Shown piece after piece: positions 19,107 to 27,550 of a stretch of DNA of 64,000 nt. Position 1 is the stretch's first letter; the number at the start of each line of letters is the position of its first letter. The DNA comes from Thermodesulfobacteriota bacterium (GTDB taxonomy: Bacteria > Desulfobacterota > Desulfobacteria > Desulfobacterales > SURF-7): assembly GCA_049320885.1 (NCBI GenBank), contig JBMORA010000034.1, forward strand, positions 1 to 64,000, written 5' to 3'. Under the pieces are notes generated by a model that was given only the letters and a program-made list of their open reading frames with translations, did not search any database and was not told where the DNA came from. Position numbers and translations under genes: made by a program.

Positions 19107-19460
19107 CTGGCAATCCCGCCGTCCCAGCCCCTCCAGCCCCCTCACCGCCCCTGCCGGTACCTGGGACCAAGGGGCTGCCGTCTGCCCCGGCTGCGGCGTC
19201 CCTGGATCTGCACCTGGTATCTCTGCCCCACCCAGACGGCCGCCCTGGACCACATGCCCCTGCGCCTCCGGAACGATCACGCAGCAACCGTCCGGAAAAT
19301 CAAGACGGCGCGAAATCAGCTGGCTTCTTTCCCGGACGGGATCAGGATTCATCCCGGTGAACGGTCTCCGGAGAAAACGCCGGCAAACACACGGCCACAT
19401 ATTCGGCGCCCGCGGAACCCGGCGTGCTGTATTGCACCCATTCGCCCGCGGGAACCATGA
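19107..19460 (+). pseudogene. 5'-truncated Cys-cluster protein fragment (YkgJ/CxxCxxCC-like C-terminal half)
   Basis: Open frame LAIPPSQP...PCRYLGPRGCRLPRLRRPWICTWYLCP begins 1 nt after the cytochrome stop with no start codon; its 3' part overlaps the opposite-strand cupin gene. Confidence 0.55.
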
Positions 19461-19704
19461 CCGCTTCCCCCTGATGAACATCCACCGTCTTTTCCCGGGA
19501 GGTCACCCGCAGCATTCCCTTGAGAACAAGCGTGTATTCGTTGAATTCCGGACATTGCCCAGGCTCGATCCATCCGGCAGGGCTTTGCATCCGGGCGACG
19601 CTCAGTTCCGACGAGCCGGTGGCAACGCGTCCGAAAAATTCCTCGATCGCCTTGGGTTTGTTGCCGGCCGATGATATGAGGACGGGCTTGCGGACGACCC
19701 TCAT
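19342..19704 (-). CDS. Cupin domain protein
   Basis: AGNKPKAIEEFFGRV, SPAGWIEPGQCPEFNEYTLV, EWVQYSTP, CLPAFSPETVHRD. Confidence 0.85.
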   Translation of the reverse strand: MRVVRKPVLISSAGNKPKAIEEFFGRVATGSSELSVARMQSPAGWIEPGQCPEFNEYTLVLKGMLRVTSREKTVDVHQGEAVMVPAGEWVQYSTPGSAGAEYVAVCLPAFSPETVHRDES

Positions 19705-20375
19705 GCGGACCTCCCGTCGTCGCAAGGTTCGTCGATATCGGTGCTGCGCTGATGCTCGGCCCACTCGGGGGCCTTGGTGCAGGCGTCCAGGCCGCCTGTT
19801 TCCGCCGGGCGCCCCTCCCAGACCGTGACACCCTGAGCCCGCATCCGCTCCACGCTGTTGCGGCCGTTTTCCGCATCCACCGGCCGGGTCGCTTCGGCGA
19901 TGAGCACCACATCGATCCCCAGCTTGCGGGCATCCATGACCGTGGCCAGGACGCAGACATCCAGGGCCAGCCCGGCCACGAACAAGCGACGGACGCCCTT
20001 GCGCTTCAGGTGTTCCCCGAACCCGGTCTGGTCAAAGGCCGAATTCTGATCCTGATCGAAGCGCACGCCCTTGGTGACGACGGTGACGTCCGGCGGCAGT
20101 TCCAGCAGGGGGTGGAACCCGGCGCCGGTGCTGTCCTGAAGGCAGTGGGGCGGCCACGCCCCCCCTTCCGTGGTAAAGCTGAGGTGGTTGCGGGGATGCC
20201 AATCGCGGGAGGCGAACACCGGAACGCCGGCTTCCCCGGCCTTGCGGAGCCAGGTATTGATCACCGGCACCACCCGGTCGCCTTCTGTAATGGGCAACGC
20301 CCCGCCCGGACAGAAATCCTGCTGCACATCGACGATCAGCAACGCATCTCCTGAAGTAAAACCCATGGTTTCCAT
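19701..20375 (-). CDS. Nicotinamidase/isochorismatase family hydrolase (PncA-like) with a C-terminal extension
   Basis: DVQQDFCPGGAL, SRDWHP, WPPHC, KG, GLALDVCV (Asp-Lys-Cys triad); start uncertain between 20396, 20375 and 20366. Confidence 0.88.
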   Translation of the reverse strand: METMGFTSGDALLIVDVQQDFCPGGALPITEGDRVVPVINTWLRKAGEAGVPVFASRDWHPRNHLSFTTEGGAWPPHCLQDSTGAGFHPLLELPPDVTVVTKGVRFDQDQNSAFDQTGFGEHLKRKGVRRLFVAGLALDVCVLATVMDARKLGIDVVLIAEATRPVDAENGRNSVERMRAQGVTVWEGRPAETGGLDACTKAPEWAEHQRSTDIDEPCDDGRSA

Positions 20376-20484
20376 GATCGAACCCTCCTTCGGCATACGG
20401 TTTTCGGACAGCCTGAGCGGCTGTTCCTCCGGCTGATGGAACCTGTTCCATACTAGTCATCGGCGGCCGGATGTCAAATCCGGC

Positions 20485-21729
20485 CTATTCGTAGATTTTT
20501 TCCCCCGGCGCCTCCGCCTCCGCCGCGTCGTTCTCCAGATCCCGGGTGACGCCGGCCTTTTTGGCCAGCAGGTATTCCCGGTACCACTCGTGGGCGATGA
20601 TCAGGGACATGACTTCGTTGGAGCCGGTCCAGATGGACGCCAACCGCAGGTCCCGGACGATGCGCTCCACCGGGAACACGTTGGTGTAGCCGATGCCGCC
20701 CATGACCTGCATGGCGTTATTGGCTGCCTTCTGGCAGGCCTCGGTGACAAATTTCTTGGCCTCCGAGATCATGCGCCGGACCCGGTCCGGATCAATGCCG
20801 GCCTCCACGGCCCGGCAGGTGGTGTAGATCATGGAGCGGCAGGCGTCCAGGAGCATGGCCGCCTCGGAAATCTGAAAGCTGACCCCCTGGAAGCGGTTGA
20901 TGGTCTGGCCGAAGGCCTTGCGCCGGGTGGTGTAGCCCGTGGCGACCTCCAGGGCCGGTCGGGCCGCGCCGATGGTCATGGCCGCTGTGCCCAGGCGTTC
21001 CGGAATCATCATGGTGTTGAAGACCGCGTAGGCGCCGTTGACCCGTCCCAGGACGTTTTCCCGGGGCACCCGGACATCCTTGAACACCAGCCGGCCCGCG
21101 CCGCCGCCCCGGCAGCCCATCAGGCCGTAGAGGTATTCCACGGACACCCCCGGCCCCCGGTCCACCAGAAAACAGGTCAGGGACTCCTGGGGCTTGGCCT
21201 CGGGAGCGGTCTTGGCATAGACCAGAAAATAATCCGCCCCTTCGGCGCCCACGATGAAGCGTTTCTGGCCGTTGAGCAGGAAATAATCGCCCTGGTCCTC
21301 GGCCGTGCTGGTGGCGCCGAAAAAATCCGACCCGCCCCGGGGTTCGGTGAGGCATTCGGCGGCAAAAATCTCCCCTTTCAGCAGAGGCTTGACGTATTTT
21401 TCCTTCTGGGCGTCGGTGCCGTGGAGAATCACGGCGTCGCAGACCAGTTCAGCCCCCACGCCGAACACGCAGGCGAAAATATATCCCAGGGTACCGATCT
21501 CCTCCATGACCGTGGCGGTGGCCACCCAGTCCAGACCCCGGCCGCCCCATTCCCGGGGATACCGGCACCCCAGCAGGTTCCGCTTGCCGGCTTCCTGCAG
21601 AAATTCCTTGGGAAACTTGATCTTGTCGGCATCCATGTCCAGGATCATCCGCCGGGGAACCCATTTGACCAGTTCCCGGGCCTCGTCGCGGATTTTCCGT
21701 TGTTCTTCGTTCAACAAATAATCAAACAT
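20485..21729 (-). CDS. Acyl-CoA dehydrogenase
   Basis: LTEPRGGSD, LNGQKRFI, RKAFGQTI, QVMGGIGY, IWTGSNEV. Confidence 0.92.
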   Translation of the reverse strand: MFDYLLNEEQRKIRDEARELVKWVPRRMILDMDADKIKFPKEFLQEAGKRNLLGCRYPREWGGRGLDWVATATVMEEIGTLGYIFACVFGVGAELVCDAVILHGTDAQKEKYVKPLLKGEIFAAECLTEPRGGSDFFGATSTAEDQGDYFLLNGQKRFIVGAEGADYFLVYAKTAPEAKPQESLTCFLVDRGPGVSVEYLYGLMGCRGGGAGRLVFKDVRVPRENVLGRVNGAYAVFNTMMIPERLGTAAMTIGAARPALEVATGYTTRRKAFGQTINRFQGVSFQISEAAMLLDACRSMIYTTCRAVEAGIDPDRVRRMISEAKKFVTEACQKAANNAMQVMGGIGYTNVFPVERIVRDLRLASIWTGSNEVMSLIIAHEWYREYLLAKKAGVTRDLENDAAEAEAPGEKIYE

Positions 21730-21778
21730 CTGGGTTACCTCCTGAGAATCGAATGGATGATTGCCGGACGAAAACCGG

Positions 21779-22513
21779 TCAGCCCTTCGACAGGGCCGCC
21801 TCGATTTCCCCGGCGATCCGGATGGCCGCCAGGGCCGGGTCCGCCGCGTCCCGGATGGGGCGGCCGATCACCAGGTAATCCGCTCCGTTCCGGACCGCTT
21901 CGGCGGGGGTCATGACCCGCTCCTGGTCGTCACCGCCGGGCCGGTCGCCGGCCGGCCGGATACCGGGGGTCACGATGATGAAATCCGGCCCCAGTTCCTT
22001 CCGGATCATGGCCGCCTCCATGCCCGAGCAGACCACGCCGGCGCAACCCGCGTCCCGGGCAGTTCGGGCCCGCTGGAGGACCAGGGCCCGCAGATCATGG
22101 CAATACCGGTCCTGAAATCCGGCCTGCCGGATATCCCCGGCCCCGACGCTGGTCAGCAAGGTAACGGCCAGCACTCCCGTCTGCCCGGCGCTGCCCGCAA
22201 CCGCGGCCTCCAGCATCTTCGGCGATTCCCCGCAGTGCACGGTGACATAGGAAACACCCAGATCGGCCGCCGCCCGCATGGCCCGGCCCACCGTGGCCGG
22301 AATGTCGTGCAGTTTCAGGTCCAGAAATACAGCCGTTTCCTTTCCCCGCCCTTTCCGGATTTCCCGGACGGCCGCCGGCCCCGAACGGATGAACAGCTCG
22401 AGTCCGACCTTGAACATGCCCACATGGCCGGCCAGCCATTCCACCAGGGGCAGGGCCGCGTCCAGGGCCGGCACATCCAGGGGAAAGACCAGATAATCTT
22501 TCGGTTTTTTCAC
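21779..22513 (-). CDS. pyrF: Orotidine-5'-phosphate decarboxylase
   Basis: FKVGLELF, FLDLKLHDIPATV, VTPGIRP, DDQERVMTP, VIGRPI. Confidence 0.95.
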   Translation of the reverse strand: MKKPKDYLVFPLDVPALDAALPLVEWLAGHVGMFKVGLELFIRSGPAAVREIRKGRGKETAVFLDLKLHDIPATVGRAMRAAADLGVSYVTVHCGESPKMLEAAVAGSAGQTGVLAVTLLTSVGAGDIRQAGFQDRYCHDLRALVLQRARTARDAGCAGVVCSGMEAAMIRKELGPDFIIVTPGIRPAGDRPGGDDQERVMTPAEAVRNGADYLVIGRPIRDAADPALAAIRIAGEIEAALSKG

Positions 22514-22676
22514 AGCGACCTCCTTTTGTCCTGACTGTCTTCATACTCCAACAGCACCTGCCGGATAAAGTTTTTTTTCCGCCACCGGAAACATAATTTT
22601 AGTGATGCAGCTAAGCGCCATGTATGTTATATAAAAATTTTGACAATGAGCGGCAACGCAACCCAAGGAAGCAACC

Positions 22677-23417
22677 ATGCCAAAATCCGATGACCATTTG
22701 AGTTTTATTCAATGGAAAGATTTGAAAAATATACAAGATCAGACCGTATACTCCTTTGGTCTGATCGTCCAGAAAATGCGCACCGAAGTTACCCGGCTGA
22801 TCAACGCCATCGGCTCCCAGGCCGCCTACACTCCCTTGCGGCAGTCCAATTTCGTTTCCCTGGTCATGCTCTTCCGCATCCGGGAAAGCATGCTGTCCAT
22901 CGAATTGCTGATCTCCAAGGGGCTTGCCCATGACGCCGCGGCCCTGCTCTTGTCGCTCATTGAATTAAGGCTGGAGATTCAATATGTTGTACTTAGTTCC
23001 AGCCATGCCGATGAATGGATCGCCCGGAAAAAACAGCAGGCCGAACCATGGCCGGTGGAAACCTTGTTCCAGGAGCTTTTCCCGGATGAGGAGACCCGGC
23101 AGGCGGAAAAGGCCAATTACCAGCACTTCGTCCAGATGCACCACGCCGATCCCATGGGCCGGCAGCCCGATTTCCCCATCAAGGAAGACGCCATCGTTTC
23201 CGCCTCCCGAGACGAACTGGCTGTTTGCCTGTTCTGCGCCGGAAGCGAATGCTACCGGATTCTGAAAGCCGCGGCCACGGACTTCGCCGATGCCGGTTTC
23301 CATATCGAAAACAGCCTGGCCGCCGTGGAGGAACTGCACGAACTGAATAAAAAGCTGCAGTCCATTCAGAAAAAGAAACCGGCCCCCGCCGCCCGGAAAT
23401 ATTACCCCGGAGCCTAA
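22677..23417 (+). CDS. Hypothetical alpha-helical protein (weak DUF5677-like pattern)
   Basis: Long ORF with RBS and host codon bias; AAALLLSLIE...YV and Y...HH pattern. Confidence 0.6.
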   Translation: MPKSDDHLSFIQWKDLKNIQDQTVYSFGLIVQKMRTEVTRLINAIGSQAAYTPLRQSNFVSLVMLFRIRESMLSIELLISKGLAHDAAALLLSLIELRLEIQYVVLSSSHADEWIARKKQQAEPWPVETLFQELFPDEETRQAEKANYQHFVQMHHADPMGRQPDFPIKEDAIVSASRDELAVCLFCAGSECYRILKAAATDFADAGFHIENSLAAVEELHELNKKLQSIQKKKPAPAARKYYPGA

Positions 23418-23432
23418 CGAACGGATGACACC

Positions 23433-24806
23433 ATGCGCGGTCTACCCAAACACCATGTGACCACCGGCAGCTTTTATGTGGGCGAATCAAAAGCCTTGAT
23501 TATTGAGGCTTATCTTGGAACCTGCGTGGGGCTGGCCATTCACGATAAGACCTCGGGTGTCGGAGGCCTGCTGCACCTGCTGCTGCCCGAACCGGTTTCA
23601 ACGGAATCCGGATCCAATCCGGACAAGTATGCCCGGACCGGTGTGCCGCGGTTTCTTGAAGCCCTGAAGGCGGCCGGCGCGGTTCCTCACCGCATGCAGG
23701 CCTGGATCGCCGGTGGCGCGCTGGTGGGCCCCCTCACCCGCCAGGACATGGCCCTGGACATCGGCGGCCGCACGGCGGAAATCGCCCTCCGCCATCTGAA
23801 ACAGGAAGGCATCCGGATCGAACAGGCCGAAACCGGTGGGTTTTTCACCTGCTCCCTGGAACTCAATCTGACCACCTGGGAAACCCGGATTCAACCCGCC
23901 GGCTTCGACAAGCTGGATCCCGCTGCCGAAACCGCTCCACCCAGCCCCGAGGACATCGACCGGGCCATCAGCCGGCTTCAGCCCATTCCCCAGGTGGCCC
24001 TGAAAATCATGCGGCTCATCGGCGAGGATCGCCATGATTTCAAGACCATGGCCAGCGAGGTGCGCAAGGACCAGGTCCTCACCGCCCAAACCCTGCGATT
24101 ATGCAATTCAGCACTCTTCGCCGGCCGGCCGCGCATCGATTCCATTGAAGACGCCCTCATCATTCTGGGCCAGGACGCCCTGGTCAAATCGATTTTGCAA
24201 GTATCCATCAACCGTTATTTCGATCAATCCGCCAACGGCTACGCCCTGTGCAAGGGGGGACTGTTCCATCACAGCATCGGCACGGCCAGAATAGCGGAAA
24301 AACTGGCCCAGTTGACGGAAGCGGCGCTCCCGTCCGTGGCCTACACCGCCGGCCTGCTCCACGATATCGGCATGGTGGTTCTGGACCAATATGTGGCCGG
24401 CTCCTTTCCGTATTTCTACCGGGGGATGCAGCTGGACGGCCGCAGCATCCTGACCATCGAGCGGGAGCTGTTCGGCATTGACCATCCCGAAATCGGCAAG
24501 CGCCTGGCCGCCAGATGGTCCTTTCCGGCCTCGCTGACGGAGGCCGTGGCCCTGCACCATGAGCCGGAGAAGGCGGTCATTGCGCCCGAACTGACCCATA
24601 TCGTCTATCTTGCGGAACTGCTCATGTCCCGATTTCATACCGGTTTGGAGCTGGAACGCAGCGACACCGACCATTTCGACCGGCGGCTCGCCGCCATTGG
24701 ATTGTCCCGGAACCATTTCATCCAGATCGTCGACCGCATCCCGGCGGAAGTGTTCGGCGAGCTGCTTGCCAAAACCATGGAACAGCCCACGGAAAACAGC
24801 CCATGA
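23433..24806 (+). CDS. CheD-HDOD fusion protein
   Basis: N-terminal CheD (LGTCVG, GGLLHLLLP, KYA, AGGA); C-terminal HDOD (LQPIPQVALKI, DQVLTAQTLRLCNS, AGLLHDIG, HH). Confidence 0.88.
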   Translation: MRGLPKHHVTTGSFYVGESKALIIEAYLGTCVGLAIHDKTSGVGGLLHLLLPEPVSTESGSNPDKYARTGVPRFLEALKAAGAVPHRMQAWIAGGALVGPLTRQDMALDIGGRTAEIALRHLKQEGIRIEQAETGGFFTCSLELNLTTWETRIQPAGFDKLDPAAETAPPSPEDIDRAISRLQPIPQVALKIMRLIGEDRHDFKTMASEVRKDQVLTAQTLRLCNSALFAGRPRIDSIEDALIILGQDALVKSILQVSINRYFDQSANGYALCKGGLFHHSIGTARIAEKLAQLTEAALPSVAYTAGLLHDIGMVVLDQYVAGSFPYFYRGMQLDGRSILTIERELFGIDHPEIGKRLAARWSFPASLTEAVALHHEPEKAVIAPELTHIVYLAELLMSRFHTGLELERSDTDHFDRRLAAIGLSRNHFIQIVDRIPAEVFGELLAKTMEQPTENSP

Positions 24807-26212
24807 AACCGACCGATATCCAACGGAAACAGCTCCAGTCCCTGCCCGGCGTCGATCGCATCCTCCTCCTCGCCCGGGAAATGCCGGGAATGGACGCAGT
24901 CCCCAAATCCGTGCTGGTCGGCTCCATCCGCAAGGTGATCGACGGTCTGCGCCAAGCGGTTCTGCGGGAAACCGGCCAGGTTCCGGATGAAGGGGCCATT
25001 CTGGCCGCGGTCGGTCGCCAGGTGGAACGGGAAATGACCCCGAACCTGAAACCGGTCGTCAACGCCACCGGGGTGGTGGTGCACACCAACCTGGGCCGTT
25101 CGCTGCTGGCCGCGGAAGCGGTTGCGGCCATCACCCGTATCGCGGCCACCTATTCCAATCTGGAATTCGATCTGACCTCCGGCAGGCGCGGTCTGCGGTA
25201 CAGTCTCGTGGAAGACCTGATCCGGGAAATCAGCGGTGCGGAAGCCGCCATGGCGGTGAACAACAACGCCGGAGCGGTCCTGCTCTGTCTGGACACGCTG
25301 GCCAGGGGCAAGGCCGTGGTGGTTTCCCGGGGGGAACTGGTGGAGATCGGCGGTTCCTTCCGGATTCCCGATGTCATGGCCAGGAGCGGAGCTGTCTTGA
25401 AAGAAGTCGGCACCACCAACCGGACCCACCCGCGGGATTATGAGCAGGCCATTTCTTCGGAAACCGCCCTGCTGCTGAAGGTACATACCAGCAACTTCAG
25501 TGTCGTTGGCTTCACCGCGTCCGTATCCCTCCCGGATCTCGTGCAGCTGGCAGGGCGCTACGGGCTGCCGGTCATGGAGGATCTGGGCAGCGGCACGTTC
25601 ATGGACTTTTCCGCTTTCGGGCTGATGAAAGAGCCCACGGTCCAGGAATCGGTGGCCGCCGGGGCCGACGTGGTCACCTTCAGCGGCGATAAACTCCTCG
25701 GCGGTCCCCAGGCCGGCATCATCGTCGGCCGGAAATCCATCCTCGACGAGATCAAGAAAAACCCCCTGACCCGGGCCCTGCGCATCGACAAGCTGACCCT
25801 GGCGGCTTTGGAAGCCACCTTGCGCCTGTACCGCGACCCGGCCACGATGGTGGAAAAAATCCCCACCCTGCGGATGCTGCTTACCCCCCTTGCGGTCATC
25901 GAAAAACGCGCCGACATCCTGATCCGGTTGCTGGAAGCCATCGCCGATGACCGGATTGCCGTGTGCCGGAAATACCTGTCTTCCAAAACCGGCGGCGGCG
26001 CCCTGCCCCTGATGGAGCTGCCCAGTTGCTGCGTCGGCCTGACCGTGGGAACGATGACCGCCGCCGCCATCGAAAAACGCCTGCGGTCGGCGGCGGTCCC
26101 CGTCATCGGCCGCATCGAGGACGACCTGTTCCTCATGGACGCCCGCACCATCCAGGACGGCGAGCTGGAAATCATCCGGGACGCGGTTGTGGAACTGATC
26201 CAAACCCGATGA
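24803..26212 (+). CDS. selA: L-seryl-tRNA(Sec) selenium transferase
   Basis: NATGVVVHTNLGRS, VNNNAGA, SRGELVEIGGSFRIPDVM, EVGTTNRTH, FSGDKLLGGPQAG. Confidence 0.96.
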   Translation: MKPTDIQRKQLQSLPGVDRILLLAREMPGMDAVPKSVLVGSIRKVIDGLRQAVLRETGQVPDEGAILAAVGRQVEREMTPNLKPVVNATGVVVHTNLGRSLLAAEAVAAITRIAATYSNLEFDLTSGRRGLRYSLVEDLIREISGAEAAMAVNNNAGAVLLCLDTLARGKAVVVSRGELVEIGGSFRIPDVMARSGAVLKEVGTTNRTHPRDYEQAISSETALLLKVHTSNFSVVGFTASVSLPDLVQLAGRYGLPVMEDLGSGTFMDFSAFGLMKEPTVQESVAAGADVVTFSGDKLLGGPQAGIIVGRKSILDEIKKNPLTRALRIDKLTLAALEATLRLYRDPATMVEKIPTLRMLLTPLAVIEKRADILIRLLEAIADDRIAVCRKYLSSKTGGGALPLMELPSCCVGLTVGTMTAAAIEKRLRSAAVPVIGRIEDDLFLMDARTIQDGELEIIRDAVVELIQTR

Positions 26213-26218
26213 ATTGAT

Positions 26219-26274
26219 ATTTGAGATTTGAGATTTCAAATTTCAAATTTCAGATCTCAAATTTCAAATCTCAA
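26219..26274. repeat. Heptamer tandem array (8 units, self-complementary)
   Basis: ATTTGAG x2, then ATTTCAA/ATTTCAG/ATCTCAA x6, immediately after the selA stop. Confidence 0.85.
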
Positions 26275-26369
26275 ATCCCATATCCCCCATTCTTTACTTG
26301 CGGTTCACGTAGGGATGATGATAATACCCCTTGCATCAACGCCGCATAGGCGCCAAACAGGAGATAACC

Positions 26370-26603
26370 ATGCCGATTTACGAATATTGTTGTGAAAAAT
26401 GCGGGAAAGAGTTCGAATACCTGGTGCTGGGGTCCCAACCCCCCGAAGGCTGCCCCGCCTGCAACAGCCCGAAGGTCAAACGCCTGATGTCCGCCTGCGG
26501 ATTCACCTCCAAAGGCAGCGGCGGAGAAACCGTGCGTTCCTCCGCCTCCGCTTCCTCGTGCAGCGGCTGCAAGGCGTCCAGCTGCTCCTCCTGCGGATCA
26601 TGA
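26370..26603 (+). CDS. FmdB-family zinc ribbon protein with a Cys/Ser-rich tail
   Basis: MPIYEYCCEKCG...CPACNS...RLMS; tail SSCSGCKASSCSSCGS; RBS AGGAG. Confidence 0.88.
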   Translation: MPIYEYCCEKCGKEFEYLVLGSQPPEGCPACNSPKVKRLMSACGFTSKGSGGETVRSSASASSCSGCKASSCSSCGS

Positions 26604-27550
26604 AAACAACCATCCGCATCGGCACCCGCGGCAGCAAACTGGCCCTGTGGCAGGCCGAATGGGTCAGAGCCCGCCTGCTCGCGGCCTGGCCTTCATCCAT
26701 GGTGGAACTGCTGATCATCAAGACCACGGGAGATAAAATCCTGGACGTGCCCCTGGCCAAGGTGGGGGGCAAGGGGCTGTTCGTGAAGGAAATCGAGGAG
26801 GCCCTGCTGGACGGCCGCATCGACCTGGCGGTCCACAGCATGAAAGACATGCCCACCGATCTGCCCGAGGGGCTGATGATCGGGGCCGTTCCCGAACGGG
26901 AGAATCCCTTCGACGTCCTCATCACCCCCGACGGCGCCACCCTGGCGCAATTGCCCCACGGGGCCGTGGTGGGCACCAGCAGCCTGCGGCGGGCCGCCCA
27001 GTTGAAACACGTCCGGCCGGATGTGCGCATCCAATCCCTGCGAGGCAACCTGGACACCCGCATTCAAAAGCTGCGGACGGAAAACCTGGACGGTATCGTG
27101 CTGGCCGCCGCCGGCGTGAAACGGCTGGATTACGGCCGCCATATTTCCGAATATCTGCCTCCGGATGTGATGCTGCCGGCCGTGGGCCAGGGAGCCCTGT
27201 GCATTGAAACCAGAAAAGCGGACAGCGACGTGATGGCGGCCATCGCCGGCCTGGACCATCCGGAAACCCGGACGGCGGTCATGGGGGAACGCGCGTTTCT
27301 GCGCCGCCTGGAAGGCGGCTGTCAGGTCCCCATCGCCGCCTTCGGCAGGATAGAGGCCGGCCGACTGATCATGACCGGCATGGTGGCGGGCCTGAACGGC
27401 GAAAAAATGATCAGGGCCCGGGAGACCGGTCCGGTGGAATCCGCAGAACGGCTGGGACGCGACCTGGCCGAACGATTGCTGGACAAAGGCGCCGGAACGC
27501 TCCTGGAAGAACTGAAATCCATGGAAACAGGAAAACCCAATGAACGGTAA
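26600..27550 (+). CDS. hemC: Hydroxymethylbilane synthase
   Basis: RIGTRGSKLALWQA, GGKGLFVKEIE, AVHSMKD, GTSSLRR, LEGGCQVP. Confidence 0.96.
   Translation: MKTTIRIGTRGSKLALWQAEWVRARLLAAWPSSMVELLIIKTTGDKILDVPLAKVGGKGLFVKEIEEALLDGRIDLAVHSMKDMPTDLPEGLMIGAVPERENPFDVLITPDGATLAQLPHGAVVGTSSLRRAAQLKHVRPDVRIQSLRGNLDTRIQKLRTENLDGIVLAAAGVKRLDYGRHISEYLPPDVMLPAVGQGALCIETRKADSDVMAAIAGLDHPETRTAVMGERAFLRRLEGGCQVPIAAFGRIEAGRLIMTGMVAGLNGEKMIRARETGPVESAERLGRDLAERLLDKGAGTLLEELKSMETGKPNER

Noticed and set aside
26601..26603. UGA after the Cys-rich tail of the FmdB protein as a possible Sec codon
   Set aside because: It forms an ATGA overlap with the hemC start, which is ordinary translational coupling, and no SECIS-like hairpin in the sbtA register was evident.
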